A DNA stretch of 64,000 nucleotides from Moniliella sp. 'wahieum' (taxonomy: Eukaryota), in NCBI GenBank assembly GCA_003971905.1, contig RSEE01000121.1:62001-126000 (forward strand), read 5' to 3'. The position numbers and the translations under genes are program-made. Below, in pieces: positions 49,796 through 61,671 of this stretch (position 1 is its first letter; every line of letters begins with the position of its first letter). Under the pieces are notes generated by a model. It was given only the letters and a program-made list of their open reading frames with translations, was not told the origin of the DNA and did no database searches.

Positions 49796-52700
49796 ATGGC
49801 CGTCGCTGAGCGTGGACGCGAGCTCGGCGTCTCCTCCCCGGCGTCCTCGGCCTCCGGCATGGTCCGCAGCGCCTCCACCCCGGCCCCCGCGCCCCACGAG
49901 CGCCTCGCCGCCCCGCCGCCCAAGCCCGCCTCGGGGCTGCGTGTCAACGTCCATCTCCCGCCCGACCCGCCCCCCCCCACACCCACCGCGCCTCCCACCA
50001 CCACCACTGCCGCTCCCGCCACCACCACCACCGCCGCGCCCATCCCATCCGCCCCGCCCACGCCGCGCCCACTGCGTCCGTCCACACCGACCCGCTCAGC
50101 CCCGCGCGCTGGCCGACATGTACCCCGGCCCCCGCTTCTCCATCGCCAGCTCCCCGCCCCCCTTCTCCGCCCTGCCCCCCACCCCGGCACCAACCCGCCC
50201 AGCGCTGCCGCCCGCCACCCCCGCCGCGCCAGCCGCCGCTCGCGCCAGAGCATCACCCTCTCCACGCCCGTCATGCCGCTCCCCATGGCGTACGGCTTCA
50301 ACATGTACTCCTACCCCATCAGCCCCCCGCCCGCGCCCCCGCCCCAGCTCGACCCCGCCGACCCGTCCCAGCCGCGCTCGCCCCGCTCCGACGGCCACGA
50401 GCTCTACTGGCCCCCACCCCTCGCCGTGCTCTCCCCGCCCCTCGGCTCCCCCACCAGCGACGACGCCCTCCCCTATTCGGCCCAGCCCCCGGCCCAGGGG
50501 TGGGTGTGGCAATGGCCCGCCATGCCCACCTATCCCGACCCGTCTTCCTGGTCGCCCGGCCCCGCCATCTCCAACCTGCCTCCTGTCCCTCCCGGTGCCC
50601 CGCCACAACCCATGCCCATCTCCATCGGCGCACCAGGCGGGCACAGCCGCAATCCTTCCGCCACTGACCGCCCTCTCCAACTCCCGCATCTGCCGCCTCC
50701 CCATGGGCTCCTATCGGCCGTGACCCAGGTGCAACCAATCGTGGCTTTGACGTGTACGGACAGGGCAACAACCAAGGCGGGGGTGGAGGTGGAGGTGGAG
50801 GTGGAGGCGCAGGAGCAGGAGGAGGGCGTCGGCACCGTCACACACGTTCTGCCGGCCCCACAGGATGGCCTCCGATGGCTGCTCCCCTCTTTCCTTTTGG
50901 CGGCGTTCCTCTCGGTGCCGGTCCCGCTGGCTATCCTTCAGCGCACCCGCACCCGCGCCACATGCCCCCCCCCACTGGCGCGTCGCATATGTTCCCCGCT
51001 ACCCATCCAGCTCGAGCCGCCGGGCCGCGTCGTCCGGAACAGTTCAAGGGTGAAGTGGTGCGAATGGCCCAGGACCAGCATGGCTCAGTCGGTTGCAAGA
51101 TGCGTTGGACCGCGCCGCTTCGGACCAGCGCGGAAACACGGATGAGGGAGAGGATGCGACAACGATCATCTTGGCAGAGGTGCTGCCGCAAGCCAAGAAG
51201 CTGATGCACGATGTGTTTGGAAACTATGTATGTTCTACATGTCCCCGTTCCGTTCATTGCCACCCACGTCTAGGTCTGGTCTTGCATCCCACCCCGATCG
51301 TTCTGACTTTCTTTTCTCCGGTGGCAGGTCATTCAAAAGCTCCTTGATCACGGTGACGCAGGCCAGCGCTCTCGCTTACTGACTGCGTTGGGGTTCGTCG
51401 CGCCCACGGAAGAGACAGAGAAGGAAGACGAGAATGCAGCTGGCCAAGACGAGGACCCATCGAACGGAGACCTGTCTTCCATCGCACGGCACACCTATGC
51501 CTGTCGGGTCCTACAACGAGCGCTGGACTACGTGAGCCGTCCCCAAGCAGCCTCCCTAGCCGTTGGCCTACTGCTGGCCCCTTCCCTGGGTGCCCAAACG
51601 ACGGAAGATCATGTTCGCACGTTGGCCACCGACCAAAATGCGAATCACGTGTTGCAAAAGTTTGTTGCCGTCTTGGCGCACCCACCGAGCCGACGGAGCA
51701 AGTGGTAGAGCCCTGCGCGGCCGATGCTGCACTGACTACGTTGGTGCAAGCGTTTTGACCCGTGTCCACGTGCTCGCCACGCACGCATACGCTTGCCGCG
51801 TGCTCCAGCGTCTTTTGGAACGCCTGCCCTCGCGTACGACCCGTCCCTTGGTGGACGAAGTGCGGGCGGATGCTCTGAAACTGATGCAAGACGCCTATGG
51901 GAACTATGTGGTCCAGTGGCTTCTGCAGCGCACCGGTCCCCGCGTTTGCCCCCCTCACCTTCGTCCCGTGCCGAGACGAGTGCAGCAGCAGACAAGGAAG
52001 AGGCGGCGGCCATAACTGCCGATCATGAGGTGGTGCTGCGATTGATTTTGGACCCGGCTTCGCCGGCGGACGCGTCAAACGAGGTGGGCGGGCCGCACCG
52101 GTTCGTTCGCTTGGCACGGCACAAATTCGCTTCGAACGTGCTGGAGTATGTGGCTTCGACCGCCAAGACCCATACGCCAGCCTATGCTGTGCCTACCGCT
52201 TCCGGCCCCGACGCTGCGCCCGGCGCGTTTTTCCGCCGCATCCTACAAATCTTGTTGGCGCCCGTGCCGGGCCCGTCGGTGGACAAGACGGGCGCACCGG
52301 ACGAGGCGTCGGCGCCGGCGTCCAGCCCACCACCGCCGTCCTCCTCCTCCACGACCAGTACGCCAACTACGTGCTGCAACGCGTACTCAACCTGGTCGAA
52401 GCAGAGGACAAGGCACAGTTAGCCCACGTCCTCCGTCCGGCCCTCCGCGCTCCCCACCCTACCTCGCCCCCACCTCGCACCACCCCGCTAGCGTCCCTCG
52501 CTTCCCTCGGCCCGTCTCCCATGGTGCCCCCCGGTACCGGAACCGGAACCGGAACCGGAACCGGAACCGGAACCGCCCTCCCGGCCCAGCAGGACAAGCT
52601 AGCTTTGCCGCCGCGGCCGCAGCGGCGTTGCATGCTTCTACTTTACTTTTACTTCTGCTTCCGCGGGGGGTTCTTCGTCCCCGGCTCCGACGGCGGCGCG

Positions 52701-52989
52701 GGTCGTGTCGCCTTCACTTTCGCTTGGATCGGGCAGCGCACGCGCCAGCCCTGCGCTGAGCCACGTCGGGCCCAACGCCAACGCCAATCCCAGTACCGGT
52801 ACCGGTGGCGGTGTCGGTGGCAGTATCGGTGGCAGTGGGAGTCCGCGTCACGTGCCTGGCTGCCGCCGTGCCCGTGCCTGCTGTCCAGGCGCATGGCTAC
52901 CCCCGCGCGCGTCCGCGCACCGCCCTCGGTGCTCCGCCGGACCACCCCCCAAGCATATCGCGACGATTGAGCGGTTGTTGGAGGTGTGA
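49796..52989 (+). CDS. Pumilio/PUF RNA-binding protein, Puf3/PUM-type repeat code; intron 51228-51327
   Basis: Eight repeat cores: DQHGS, DVFGNY|VIQK, HTYACRVLQR, DQNANHVLQK, HAYACRVLQR, DAYGNYVVQW, HKFASNVLE, DQYANYVLQR; Pro-rich N-terminus. Confidence 0.88.
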
Positions 52990-53512
52990 GATGCGACATC
53001 GACATTGGACATGGGACATGCGAGGTGGAGGGTTGACCCCTCGCTTGCCCTGTAGGCCGTTTGAGCAAGGCTTGGAATGATCTTCTCCCCCTTGTTCGGC
53101 TGGTCTCTCTATTCCCTTTTCCGTTTCCTTTTCCTTTTCATTTCCCGTTCCCTTTCCGTTTCCTTTCCTTTTTTCTCTTCTCTTCTCTTGTTTTTGTGGT
53201 TGGGTCCAGCGGGTGGATCCGCGTTGGTGCAGCCCGTCCCGATCCCCCCGTTTTGCGCTCCTCTCCGCCCTCCGTCCCCGCCTCTTTCCCCCGGTTTTTC
53301 CCCCCGATTTTCTCCCCCGATTTTCTCCCCCGATTTTCCCCCCTCTTCTCTCCCCCGTTTCTTCCCGTCGCCCCCCTCCCCGTTTGCTTACCATTGATCT
53401 CTCCTCTCTCCTGCATCGGGTTTCCATGGATAAGAAAGATTAGATTATAGCAATCGTGAGGGACGCTTTTTTTTGCTCTTTGACTCCCTTGCTCCCAGTT
53501 GCTCTTGCCTTT

Positions 53513-53564
53513 CCGTACCGTACCGTACCGGGTCGTACCGTACCGTACCGGGTCGTACCGTACC
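53513..53564 (+). repeat. (CCGTA)n-based 20-bp higher-order repeat in a pyrimidine-rich 3' flank
   Basis: CCGTACCGTACCGTACCGGGT-CGTACCGTACCGTACCGGGT-CGTACCGTACC. Confidence 0.8.
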
Positions 53565-55170
53565 TTCTGGTCCCTTATCCTATCCCCCCTCGCACTCTCC
53601 GCTTTCCCAATCTCTTTTCTGCTTGGCTTTCCTCTTTTCGGGAGATCGCATTCGTTCGCCCAACGTTGACCGTTGACCGTTGACCGTTGACCGTTGCACG
53701 TTGATCCCCCATATCTCTTGCACCCCATGTCCCATGTCCCAGTCTCAGTCCCAGTCCATCTCCTGTCGTTTTCAGTCCCATCTGTCCACCCACCCGTCGG
53801 ATCGACAGGTGGATCTTATCTCCCCCTCCCCCCTTCAAAAATCCCCGCCCATCTCTTCTCGTAGTGCGCGCGCAGGACGCAGACGAACGAACGAGTATAA
53901 GCAGAGAGGTTCCCATGCCGCCTCGTCGGATCCAGAACCGGTTCCCAGTGACAAACAGTCCTCGGCACCAGGATACACTTCTCTCCTCCGTAGTAACGCA
54001 TGATGCAATACCCTCTTCCCCCTTCACCGTCACCAACTTTCAACCGTCGTCAAGCTTCAAGCTTCGAGCTTCGTCCCCCCCCCCCCCCGCCGCGACTTGG
54101 TGTGGCACCAAGTCGTAGCCTGTGGTGCTCGGTGGGTGGGGAGCTCAGGGCAAGGCACAGGCGGCCAGGTAGAGTTGTCGTTATACCGTGACGAGCCCGC
54201 GCGCGCCCGCGCGCATCCCACTGATGGCCCGCGAAGACGTGCGACAGGGGTACCTTAAGTTGAATCGGTACCCAGTAACTGCGCGGGTCAGGAGGTCGGC
54301 TCCAGTGACGCGGTGACGAGTGACTAGTGGCTAGAGGCCACAGTTCACTGAGTGACCTGGGGCTAGTTTGACTAGCTTGAAGCTTGAAGCTTCGAGTGAC
54401 TATGAGTGACTATGAGTGACTAGTGACTGATCAAGTGATCCACCAAGTGACCGAGGACAGGGACCACCTCTCTACGCCACCCCTGGCCAGCCACTCCTTT
54501 TGCTCGTCGCCCTTATACCTCCTGTGATCAAGCGGGCAGGCGGTTAATAGGCGGTCACCGGCCAGGAGTGGGACGGGGCACCGTATCATTATGGACGCTG
54601 TTTCGACCCCAAAGGAAACCTTGACAGAGCCAGGATGGTCACAATAATGATTCTCTCCTCTTCTCGTCTTCACTATTCAATTTCCCTTTTCTTGCCTCAG
54701 ATCTCAGATGTGTGTGCAGGTCTACGACGGTCGATTGATCAGTTGTCTTTCGACGTTCGACTATCGACGTTCGACATTCACGCCATCCATTCTTCCTTGA
54801 TTGACTTGAAGTGATCTCCCTCTCTATCCGTGGCATGGTGAAAGTTACAATGCTCTCTGGGGATCGTGGATCGCATTTGGGAAGAAGGACCGAGACACGG
54901 ACACCGAAGAGACACGTACCGTGAACACGAGGCCAGAACAAACAAGTCTCTGTCCACGCCCCAACAGGCCTCTCCGATCTCCCTCTCACCACTGCACGTC
55001 CCACCAGGGTTAGTTCCACCTGCTGCTTCCAGCCGATGAGTTCGGATGGGATGACGGTGAAAGAGGAGGGATGTGGAGGATGTGGTTGGTCGAGGATGGA
55101 TGAATAATTGCCGCCACCAGCGACCACAGTGAAGCTAGTGACGGATGGGGAAGTGTGACGTGAGACGTGT

Positions 55171-55428
55171 TGTTGACCGGGAGGTCCGAGGGCCAATCAC
55201 CTCTAAGCCACATTGACCTGGTCCCTTCTCACACATCAAACGCGCTGAACGCGCATTCGATCGGACTCGCTCGGGCCTCAGACTGGTCTAGCGCCCGAGC
55301 CGTTTCTTCTCCTTCTTCTTCTTCTTCTCCTTTTCTTCCTGTCCTGGGCCTAGTCCCGCATCCTGTCTTCGAACGATCACCTTCAGCCTCTGTTGTCCAT
55401 CAGATTTGCTGGGAGACGTAGGCCAATA
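55171..55428 (+). repeat. 5' LTR (258 bp)
   Basis: TGTTGACC...GGCCAATA; direct repeat of 60368-60621. Confidence 0.95.
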
Positions 55429-55669
55429 GAGTTACAATCTGAAAAGCTCTCTGGTCTCTCCCTAACAAGAAAAAAAAAGGGGGAAACCCGCCCTACCCAA
55501 CCCCCAGCGACACAGAGCTGAAAGCCGAGCCCTCGGCGCCAAACGCCCAATCCTCCGCAACCCACTCATTCGCCTCCCGGCGCCACTCATTCGCCTCCCG
55601 GCGCAACCCACTCATTCGCCCCCCGGCACAACCCACCGTCCAAACTACAACACCCCATTCACTGCAAAC

Positions 55670-56826
55670 ATGGAGACTCGCTCACAAACATCCCTTACCA
55701 CCAAACGGAGAGAAGCTATGGAGCGCCTCTGTGGACAAGTGCAAAGTACATCAAGCGAGGTATCCCATTCGACCTGAGACAAGAATCCGAACAGGAGGTA
55801 CAAACGTACAGGCCAGACATTCTCAACAACAAAATTGATTTCCTCAAGCCCACAACAAACGAGGAAGCCATACAGGCGGAGGCAATCAAACTTCGACTCG
55901 CCGTGCTCTCAAAATGGGACGAAGCAGACCAAGACGAGGAAAAGGCAACGAAAAAAACCAAAGCTCCCCTTCCCGAAGGTATCAACCAGAGCATCAACAA
56001 GCTGAGTAGTCGGATTAACAGCCAACGGCTGGGCTGGTCACATCGCGACATCACGGATGCGCGCCGATTCTCACGCAACATGGACATCCTGCAGATGGAA
56101 CTACGCGCCATCCAACCCACCCTTTCGGAAGAAATACTCTACAAGGGTAAGAGGGCAGTCGGATACGACAAGGAACTCGATGCAGCCATGATGGGTCTGG
56201 TGAGACAGGCTCTCCCTTACAGCGCTCAGGAAGACCTCGCTCATCTAGAGATTCCGCCCAAGACTACGCAGGATCTCATCTCCATGCTCATGGACAAGTT
56301 CGGTAAGCCGGACGCTGACATGGCACGGGCCAACATGTACAAAATGTGCACCAGCAAACAAGGCACCATGTCGGGACCGGAATGGCTGTGTTCCATGGAC
56401 GAGACACGGAAAAGCATACACCTTTCGAGTCCCATATCGGACGAGCTCTACCGCCTCATGCTCCTGGGTGGTATCAACAACAAAAGCATCGCCATCCAGC
56501 TGCATGACAAGGACTACCTGGCGGTTCGAGAGGGAATCTGGGCAACGCCCAGCTCGAGACCCTCCAACAGCAACACCCATGCCCAACCCGCCACAAATAA
56601 GAATCCGAACCCGTCGAACGGTGGAAGCAACGCGGCAAGCGGGGGAAAGAGCTCTGGCGGGGGATACAATCGCCAACCCTGGCGCCCCAACCAATCGGAC
56701 ACTCCCACCCGTCCCATTCGAAACCCCAGTCGTCAAAAAGAAGAAGGACGAGCAAACGTCGCAGCTACGACCGAGTTCCAGGACGAAGGAGCCGGAGAGA
56801 ATTCAGTCGGACTCCTGGACTTCTAG
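55670..56826 (+). CDS. gag: Copia gag (start inferred, one indel); ends at TAG in frame with pol
   Basis: ATG at 55670; gag-like TTQDLISMLMDKFGKP..KQGTMSGPEWL..LMLLGGI; no CCHC knuckle seen. Confidence 0.7.
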
Positions 56827-59800
56827 GAACTCGGGAGCGATCTGGGTGAAGATATTCGAGCACTTTATGACAGCGGCGCCTTCCCGACCATATGGAAGGA
56901 CCGTGGCGTATTCAAAACGATGCGCCAATGCGACGACTTAATAGAGCTTGCAAATGGAAAGCACATCCGGGCTGAGGGCCATGGAACGTGCTCCTTCCGC
57001 CTGTGCTGTAGGGGGAAAGAATATATTACAGTTGAACTCCATGACTGCCTATATGTCCCCTCCTTCCGCTCAAACCTCATTAGCGTCGCCCACCTGTCAA
57101 ACGCCGGATATGCATCCTGGTTCGCTCCAAACCGCAAGGGCATATGGTTGAAACCCCCGGAGACAACCAAACGTACCACAACATCGCGAGCAGCAAATAC
57201 GAAATCCGTATACTGAAAGCCCCTTCCACTCCGCGCGCTGCTCCACACAAATCCCAAGCCATGGCAGCCACACCCATCCAATCAACTTTCCAATCCGACC
57301 AAATCGCTAGAGAACACGTTAGAAAGGCGCACGAACGATGGAATCATGCCGCCCTCGATTCTTCCCTGGCTGACTGCATCCTCCCCCCCGGGGGCGAAGG
57401 TAACCGCAAACCAATTAGCTCGGGCACGTCGAGCGGGTTGGGAATGTCCAATCTGCAATAAGGCACTCGCCACCGCTCCAAGCCACCCAGGACGAGCGCG
57501 ACCCAGCATCTCCACACCCCTTCGAGGTGTTGCATGCGGATGTCGTTGACCTGCCACGCATAACGGGGGCAGGACACGGCTTTGCCCTGGTGGCCGTGGA
57601 CGATTACACCCGATACACTTTCACCGTACCTCTGGCCACGAAGGGGACTGCTACGAGGGAGCTCCGCAACCTCATTGTCCGCGAACAGCGACGCGCTCCC
57701 GACCGGCTCCTCCGTATTCTCAAAACAGACAATGCACCGGAGCTCACGAGCGTGCTGCGTCCCTTCCTTGACAATGAGGGAATTACCGCGGAAACGACCA
57801 TTCCCGGCCAGAGCCAATCAAACGGGGTCGCAGAGCGGGCCATCAGAAGCATCACCACCAGAGCGAGACAGCTCATCCTCGCCAGCGGACTTCCGACCGC
57901 AGGATGGTGGCAGCACGCGCTACACAGCGCCCGCTTCACACACAACCTCATGGCACCCACTCCTCATCCCGAAGGTGAAAAGTCACGGTACGAGCGATAT
58001 AAGGGGCACCCTTACCCGATGCCGATGCACCCTTTCGGAATCCTTGCTTACCTGCATGTCCCCTCCACACAGCGCGACAACAAAATGAGCGCCCGGGCGG
58101 AGGAAGCAATGCTGATTCGGGTACGACCATACCAGAGGAAGCAAGGGCTGGCTGTTCTGTGTGTATGACCAGTCCACATCGGCTTTCCGCCCACGATGGG
58201 CAAAGCCGTACAAGTGGGGCACAACGATGTACCCTGCTGTGTTCCCCATGCGTTTTGCTACTGACATCTCCACTCGACCGCCGCAACAAATCCAACCGAC
58301 CCACCCGACCGATCCGACTCCAACAGAAAACTTTAAAAACCAAGCACACCAAGAAAACCCTACAAATATGACCGCAGCAACAACAGACTCGACACCAGAC
58401 TCGGAACCCACCCCTAACACCACCTCCACTCCCACCCCACCCTAACCCCATCCCCACAACCCCCCGCCGCTACCCCACACGGGCGAGGCCACCCCCCGGG
58501 TCCCCCTGGATCTCGCCACCCTACCCATTGCCGACAATCCGGCCGACACCGACTACCATGCCCACGCAGGCAGAACCCTGGCACCCAATCAGGGACCAAG
58601 CCTGTACCAGCTACCAGGATAGCCACCAAACACACCCCATGCAAGGCCTGGCACACCCTCTACCCGACACATCCTTACCACCCTTCCTGGATGGCGTCGT
58701 CCCGCCCGACCACACTGCCATGTCCGCACTGGCCCACCGGGGCGCTCATCCCCCAGTCCAATTCACCAAGGACGGCGTTCCCTTGGCACCAAAAACGATC
58801 AAAGGATTGGAACAACACCCTGCATTCGAGCGTGTTTTACAAGCGATGGAGGAAGAAATCACAACCCTTAACAACTTTGACACGTACGAATGTGTGCATG
58901 CCCCACCGGTGCACAGATATCTCGGACTCTGGCGCATCACTACTAAGACGGACGCAGATGGAAACTTCCTCCGCTACCGAGCCCGCTGGGTGGCAGGCGG
59001 CCACCTCCAGTCCGCGGACACGTGGGGACAAACCTTCGCCCCTGCAGTTCGTACTCCGGCCATCCTCACCCTCATCGTCTTGGCCGAAAAGTATGGACTT
59101 CAAATGTTTTCTGCCGACGTAAACTCGGCCTACCTAAATGCCCCATTGCAGGAGCAAATTTACATGCGGCCGCCCCCGTATTTCCCGCTCCTGCAGGCAT
59201 GGTATGGCGCCTGAAGAAGAGTCTGTACGGCCTCCACCAATCCGGGGCAAACTGGGCCGGATACATCCGCGACCTTCTATGCCTCCGCCTCGGATTCATT
59301 CGGAGCCTCACAGAGCCTTGCCTTTTCATTCGTACCAGCAAGAAATGCGGAACGATCATGCTGGCGGTGCACACCGACGACCTGGCTATTGCATGCACAT
59401 CGCATGCCGCATATGAGACGTTCCTTGCCAAGATCAACACCCACATCAAAGTGCGGGGAAATGGGCCCCTGCACTACCACCTTGGATGTCAATACGACCG
59501 CATCGCCGGAAATCTTTACCTCTCTCAACCCAAATTCATCGAGGAAACGGCGGAAAAGTATGGTCTCGCAGGACCAAAGGTGCGCCACTTACCTCACCCC
59601 ACCACATGATTCCAGCCAGAACAGACCCCGAGCCCCCTGCCACACCCCTTGAACGAAAGGATTATCAGGCCAAGATCGGGTCCGGCCTGTGGGCCGCACG
59701 CATGGGTCGCCCCGACGCCCTCTTTGGCGTTTCCGCTCTGAGCCGGTCCACTGCAGACCCATCCCGAGCCCACCGTGCTGCTGCGTCCGACTTCATCCGC

Positions 59801-60370
59801 TACCTGTACGGGACGAGGAACTACGGCCTACGCCTCACCCCCATCCCAGACGCACCAGCCCTGGCACTATACACCGACTCGGACCTAGCGGGGGATCCCG
59901 AAGAGGCACGCTCCACATCGGGATGCATCCTTTACGTATACGGCGTCCCTGTTTCCTGGCGATCCTTACGACAACCCAAGAGCGTCAACAACACGGCCGC
60001 TGCCGAATACACGGCCGGGTTTGACGGGCTAGTCGACGCCAACTATGTCAAGAACATATTAATCGAGTTGAGTGCCATTGCTGAAGACGAACCCATTCAT
60101 TGGTACTGCGACAAACACAGCTATCTCTCTCTCTCAAAAAGAGGGCAGTACCGGAAAGATCCGGGAACTACGCATCCGATTCCACAATGTACGACAACAT
60201 GTGGCATCAGGCGAGACCATCCCCCACCATGTGGCCGGCATCGACAACCAGGCCGACATCATCACCAAACCCGTTGGCAGACCCGTCCTCCTCAAGCAGC
60301 TCCCGAAGCTTCTCATCGAAGACCTCGACCAACTCAAGCGTAGCCTAGAGCCTCTGGCCAGCGGGGGTGT
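56827..60370 (+). CDS. pol: Copia pol (protease, integrase, RT, RNase H), broken by several indels
   Basis: LYDSGA..LYVPSFRSNLISV; HERWNH..CPIC; LHADV..KTDNAPEL..NGVAER; YRARWVAGG..DVNSAYLNA..KSLYGLHQSG..VHTDD; YTDSDLAGD..AAEY..ADIITK. Confidence 0.93.
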
Positions 60371-60621
60371 TGACGGGAGGTCCGAGGGCCAATCACCTCT
60401 AAGCCACATTGACCTGGTCCCTTCTCACACATCAAACGCGCTGAACGCGCATTCGATCGGACTCGCTCGGGCCTCAGACTGGTCTAGCGCCCGAGCCGTT
60501 TCTTCTCCTTCTTCTTCTTCTCCTTTTCTTCCTGTCCTGGGCCTAGTCCCGCATCCTGTCTTCGAACGATCACCTTCAGCCTCTGTTGTCCATCAGATTT
60601 GCTGGGAGACGTAGGCCAATA
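60368..60621 (+). repeat. 3' LTR (254 bp)
   Basis: Direct repeat of the 5' LTR, followed by TSD CGTGT. Confidence 0.95.
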
Positions 60622-61671
60622 CGTGTGACATGTGACATGGGATGGACATCGCATGGGTGCGCAGCAACAGGCCGAAAGCGGGCTGGCTAGCTGGCCAGGC
60701 ACCCAGGGAGCGGTAGGTGGCTCCCGCACAAAGAGGCCGCGGCTGTCAGCGGCTGGCGCAGGGCGAGGGGGGGGAGGTGCCTGGGCGCGGACGGGGACAG
60801 TGTCCTTGGCAGGCCGGCGGGGGGGAGAGAGCGGCGGCAGGTGGCAGGGCGGGCAATCGGACAAATGGAGAAAACTTGACTGATGGCACGGGCTATCGCA
60901 GATCGAAGGGGATGTCGGATGGAGCTATCGTATCTCGGCGCTCGACTATCGCAGCCACGCGGGGGAGCGCGTGATTGAGATTGCGATCATCGATCATGCA
61001 TCATGGGCGCATGGGCGACTAGGAGAGCCTGCGAGTGCGCGGGGTACAGCCTGGTACAGCCTGGTGTGCTGAGCGCTGACCAAGCGCACTCGGCCCTCGC
61101 AAACGGCAGCCAGCTGTGCGCCGGGAAACTGCCAGCGCTGCTGCGACGCATGAGCGAGCGCGCATGGTGCATGATGCGGGGATCCGGAGCGCTTGATAGC
61201 CGCCCCCCCGCACGGCAGCACCCACGCTGTGCCAGCCACTATCGCTGGTTCAGATACGCAGCCCGCGCAGCGCCATGTGCGGCTAAATAGTAGCGCCGTC
61301 GCACGCCGGGCGCAGGGGCGCAGGGGCACAGTCACTCCGCTGCAGGAACCATCACGTATCGCGCGCTGCGCCAGTGCCGGAATCTCGATCGCTGAGAATC
61401 ATTAATCAGGCCCTGGTTTAAACATGAATCGACTAATCATTAATCAGTGGGTTGCGTCTCAGGCACACCAGCCCACACCCGCCCCTCGCGAGCAGACGCA
61501 GATAGCCATAGTCGAGAGCAAAACTCCGACAACTGAGGGGGCGCGAGAGGGGGTGGGGCCGTGGCGCCCCCTGGGACCAGACAGGCTTAAGTACGCTCTC
61601 CATCTCCCTCGTCCTTTGCTCTCGCCCTTCCCGTCTCCTCCGCCCACCTCGCCGCCGCCTCCCTCTTCGCC

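Larger units (their letters stand above)
55171..60621 (+). mobile_element. Full-length, young Ty1/copia LTR retrotransposon (5.45 kb) with 5-bp TSD CGTGT
   Basis: LTRs 55171-55428 and 60368-60621 differ only by one C and one CTT unit. TSD at 55166-55170 and 60622-60626. Domain order gag-PR-IN-RT-RH; G-rich PPT before the 3' LTR. Confidence 0.97.
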
